A program made the position numbers and the translations under genes. A stretch of 62,311 bases of DNA, counting the filler. It is 6 parts of 6 records of this genome, joined end to end, with 100 filler letters (N's around TTAATTAATTAA, not from the genome) between each part and the next. Parts side by side here need not be neighbours in the genome. Positions count along the whole stretch, not along the records: positions 57,247 to 62,311 come from SRR31156797_8658; 5 more parts are not named here. One strand, written 5' to 3'. Each line of letters starts with the position of its first letter. Position 1 is the stretch's first letter. This document shows, one piece after another, positions 60,935 through 62,311 of the stretch. The notes beneath the pieces were generated by a model. The model saw only the letters and a program-made list of their open reading frames with translations. It made no database searches and was not told the origin of the DNA.

Positions 60935-60965
60935 ACAAGGAAGAGACTCCTAAGCTCTTCCTTGT
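60935..60965. terminator. Hairpin terminator between convergent genes
   Basis: ACAAGGAAGAG...CTCTTCCTTGT. Confidence 0.75.
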
Positions 60966-60974
60966 AAGATTATT

Positions 60975-62015
60975 TTATATAATCTCTTCTTTTCCTAATT
61001 CTGAAAATTCATTATCTACAATAGCATCTTCATGGAAGTATTCAATTTTATTTTCTGCTGTTTCTAGGTTTTTAAACTTTGCAATATGAAAAATAGCATC
61101 CCCTTCTTGTATTAAAGGAATTTCTGATTTTCCAATTATTATTCCATCAAAGGCAGCTTTTATCTCATAACTCATATCATCTAAAGGTTCATCAACATAA
61201 GCTATAACTTCATCTTCTTTAACTGTTTCACCTAAGCCTTTAATAGTTCTTATAATTCCACTTTCAGTTGACCTAATCCATTGGCTTGTTCTTGCAATAA
61301 TAGGAAGAGAAAACTTCTTTCTTTTTGTTGTATTAGGAAGCATTTGAGTCTCTCTTAAGACATTTACTATGCCTTTTACTCCAATTCTAATTGATTTTTC
61401 ATCAAATCTTAGGGCTTCTCCTGCTTCATAAAGTAAAACAGGAATTCCTTTATTTTGGGCTTCTTCTCTTAAAGAACCATCTCTTAGCTCTGAGTGTAAA
61501 ACAACAGGTGCTTCAAAAGCCTTTGCAAGATTGTATGTAAAAGGATTATTCAAGTCTGTACGTACTTGTGGTAAGTTTGATTTATGAATAGAAGCAGTAT
61601 GTAAATCTATTCCAAAATCGCATTTTGTAACGATTTCATCAAAAAATATTTTTGCAATTCTACTAGCTAGTGAACCTTTTTTTGAACCAGGAAAAGAGCG
61701 ATTTAAGTCTCTTCTATCTGGCATATATCTTGATAAGGTTGTAACCCCATAGGTATTTACAATAGGTATTAAAATCAAAGTCCCTTTTAGTTTTTTAAGA
61801 ATAGTTAATTTTCTTAGTCTTCTAATGATTTCAATACCATTTAATTCATCCCCATGAATTGCAGCACTTACAAAAATAGTCGGACCATCTTTTCTTCCTC
61901 TTATGATTCTAATAGGTAGTTTCATGGGAGAATGATAAAGTTTTGGAAGCTTTAAATCCAAAGTTATATTTGAGTTTGCTTCTATTTCAGTATCAGCTAT
62001 TATTAGCTTCTTCAT
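60975..62015 (-). CDS. Succinylglutamate desuccinylase/aspartoacylase family (M14) protein
   Basis: IHGDELNG, DLNRSFPG, IDLHT and YEAGE motifs. Confidence 0.9.
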   Translation of the reverse strand: MKKLIIADTEIEANSNITLDLKLPKLYHSPMKLPIRIIRGRKDGPTIFVSAAIHGDELNGIEIIRRLRKLTILKKLKGTLILIPIVNTYGVTTLSRYMPDRRDLNRSFPGSKKGSLASRIAKIFFDEIVTKCDFGIDLHTASIHKSNLPQVRTDLNNPFTYNLAKAFEAPVVLHSELRDGSLREEAQNKGIPVLLYEAGEALRFDEKSIRIGVKGIVNVLRETQMLPNTTKRKKFSLPIIARTSQWIRSTESGIIRTIKGLGETVKEDEVIAYVDEPLDDMSYEIKAAFDGIIIGKSEIPLIQEGDAIFHIAKFKNLETAENKIEYFHEDAIVDNEFSELGKEEII

Positions 62016-62018
62016 AGT

Positions 62019-62311
62019 TTATGCTCCGATACTATCTCTTTTGATTCTTCTTTTTTTATCTCCAGGGTTTGGTACACTTTTTTCAATATAGTCCATGATT
62101 TTTCCAGCAATATCAATACCAGTTGATTTTTCTATTCCTTCTAATCCTGGACTTGAATTTACTTCCATTACAAGAGGACCACGACTAGATGGAATCATAT
62201 CAACTCCACAAACACCAAGACCCATAGCTTTTGCAGCTGCTAAAGCCGTTGATTTCTCTTTTCTATTTAGTTTGTAAGAAGTTGCACTTCCACCTTGGTG
62301 TAAGTTTGATC
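62019..62311 (-). CDS. rimK: RimK-family ATP-grasp glutamate ligase, 3' fragment
   Basis: SNLHQGG, GVDM and [13 protein letters not shown] motifs; 5' part lies beyond the window. Confidence 0.9.
   Translation of the reverse strand, partial: SNLHQGGSATSYKLNRKEKSTALAAAKAMGLGVCGVDMIPSSRGPLVMEVNSSPGLEGIEKSTGIDIAGKIMDYIEKSVPNPGDKKRRIKRDSIGA

Overview
The window is a concatenation of six sequence pieces. They are joined by 100-nt N spacers that carry an artificial TTAATTAATTAA all-frame stop linker (gaps at 21207-21306, 37485-37584, 43680-43779, 50547-50646 and 57147-57246), and they appear to come from several organisms. Pieces A (1-21206) and B (21307-37484) are ordinary Vibrio chromosome: a CsrB-family sRNA, yaiI, abgT, trmO, proS, purL, mltF, tadA, frmA/fghA, minor type IV pilins and dnaJ in A; then pckA, asmA, yiiD, dtd, yihY, typA, glnA-glnL-glnG, a GGDEF/EAL protein and add in B. 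Piece C (37585-43679, host uncertain) has an intact secreted beta-helix protein between two decayed ORFs, a PLP aminotransferase and a NERD protein. Piece D (43780-50546, AT-rich, Arcobacter-like) shows comM/yifB interrupted by a Tn7-like transposon with a readable end (8-bp TGTGACAT plus three repeats) and tnsA-tnsB-tnsC. Piece E (50647-57146, host uncertain) is the most novel part: a HerA/VirD4-like ATPase fused to winged-helix and PD-(D/E)xK-like domains, a coiled-coil partner, a tandem winged-helix protein, a Zn-ribbon microprotein, two flanking HEPN-like proteins, a RelE-like fragment and IS remnants. Piece F (57247-62311, Arcobacter-like) has a Fur-box-preceded operon (DUF2325, two small ORFs, a degenerate McrC-like protein, flavodoxin), a porin, an ASTE/ASPA-family gene and a partial rimK. 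All family assignments come from motif recognition by eye; no database search was run.
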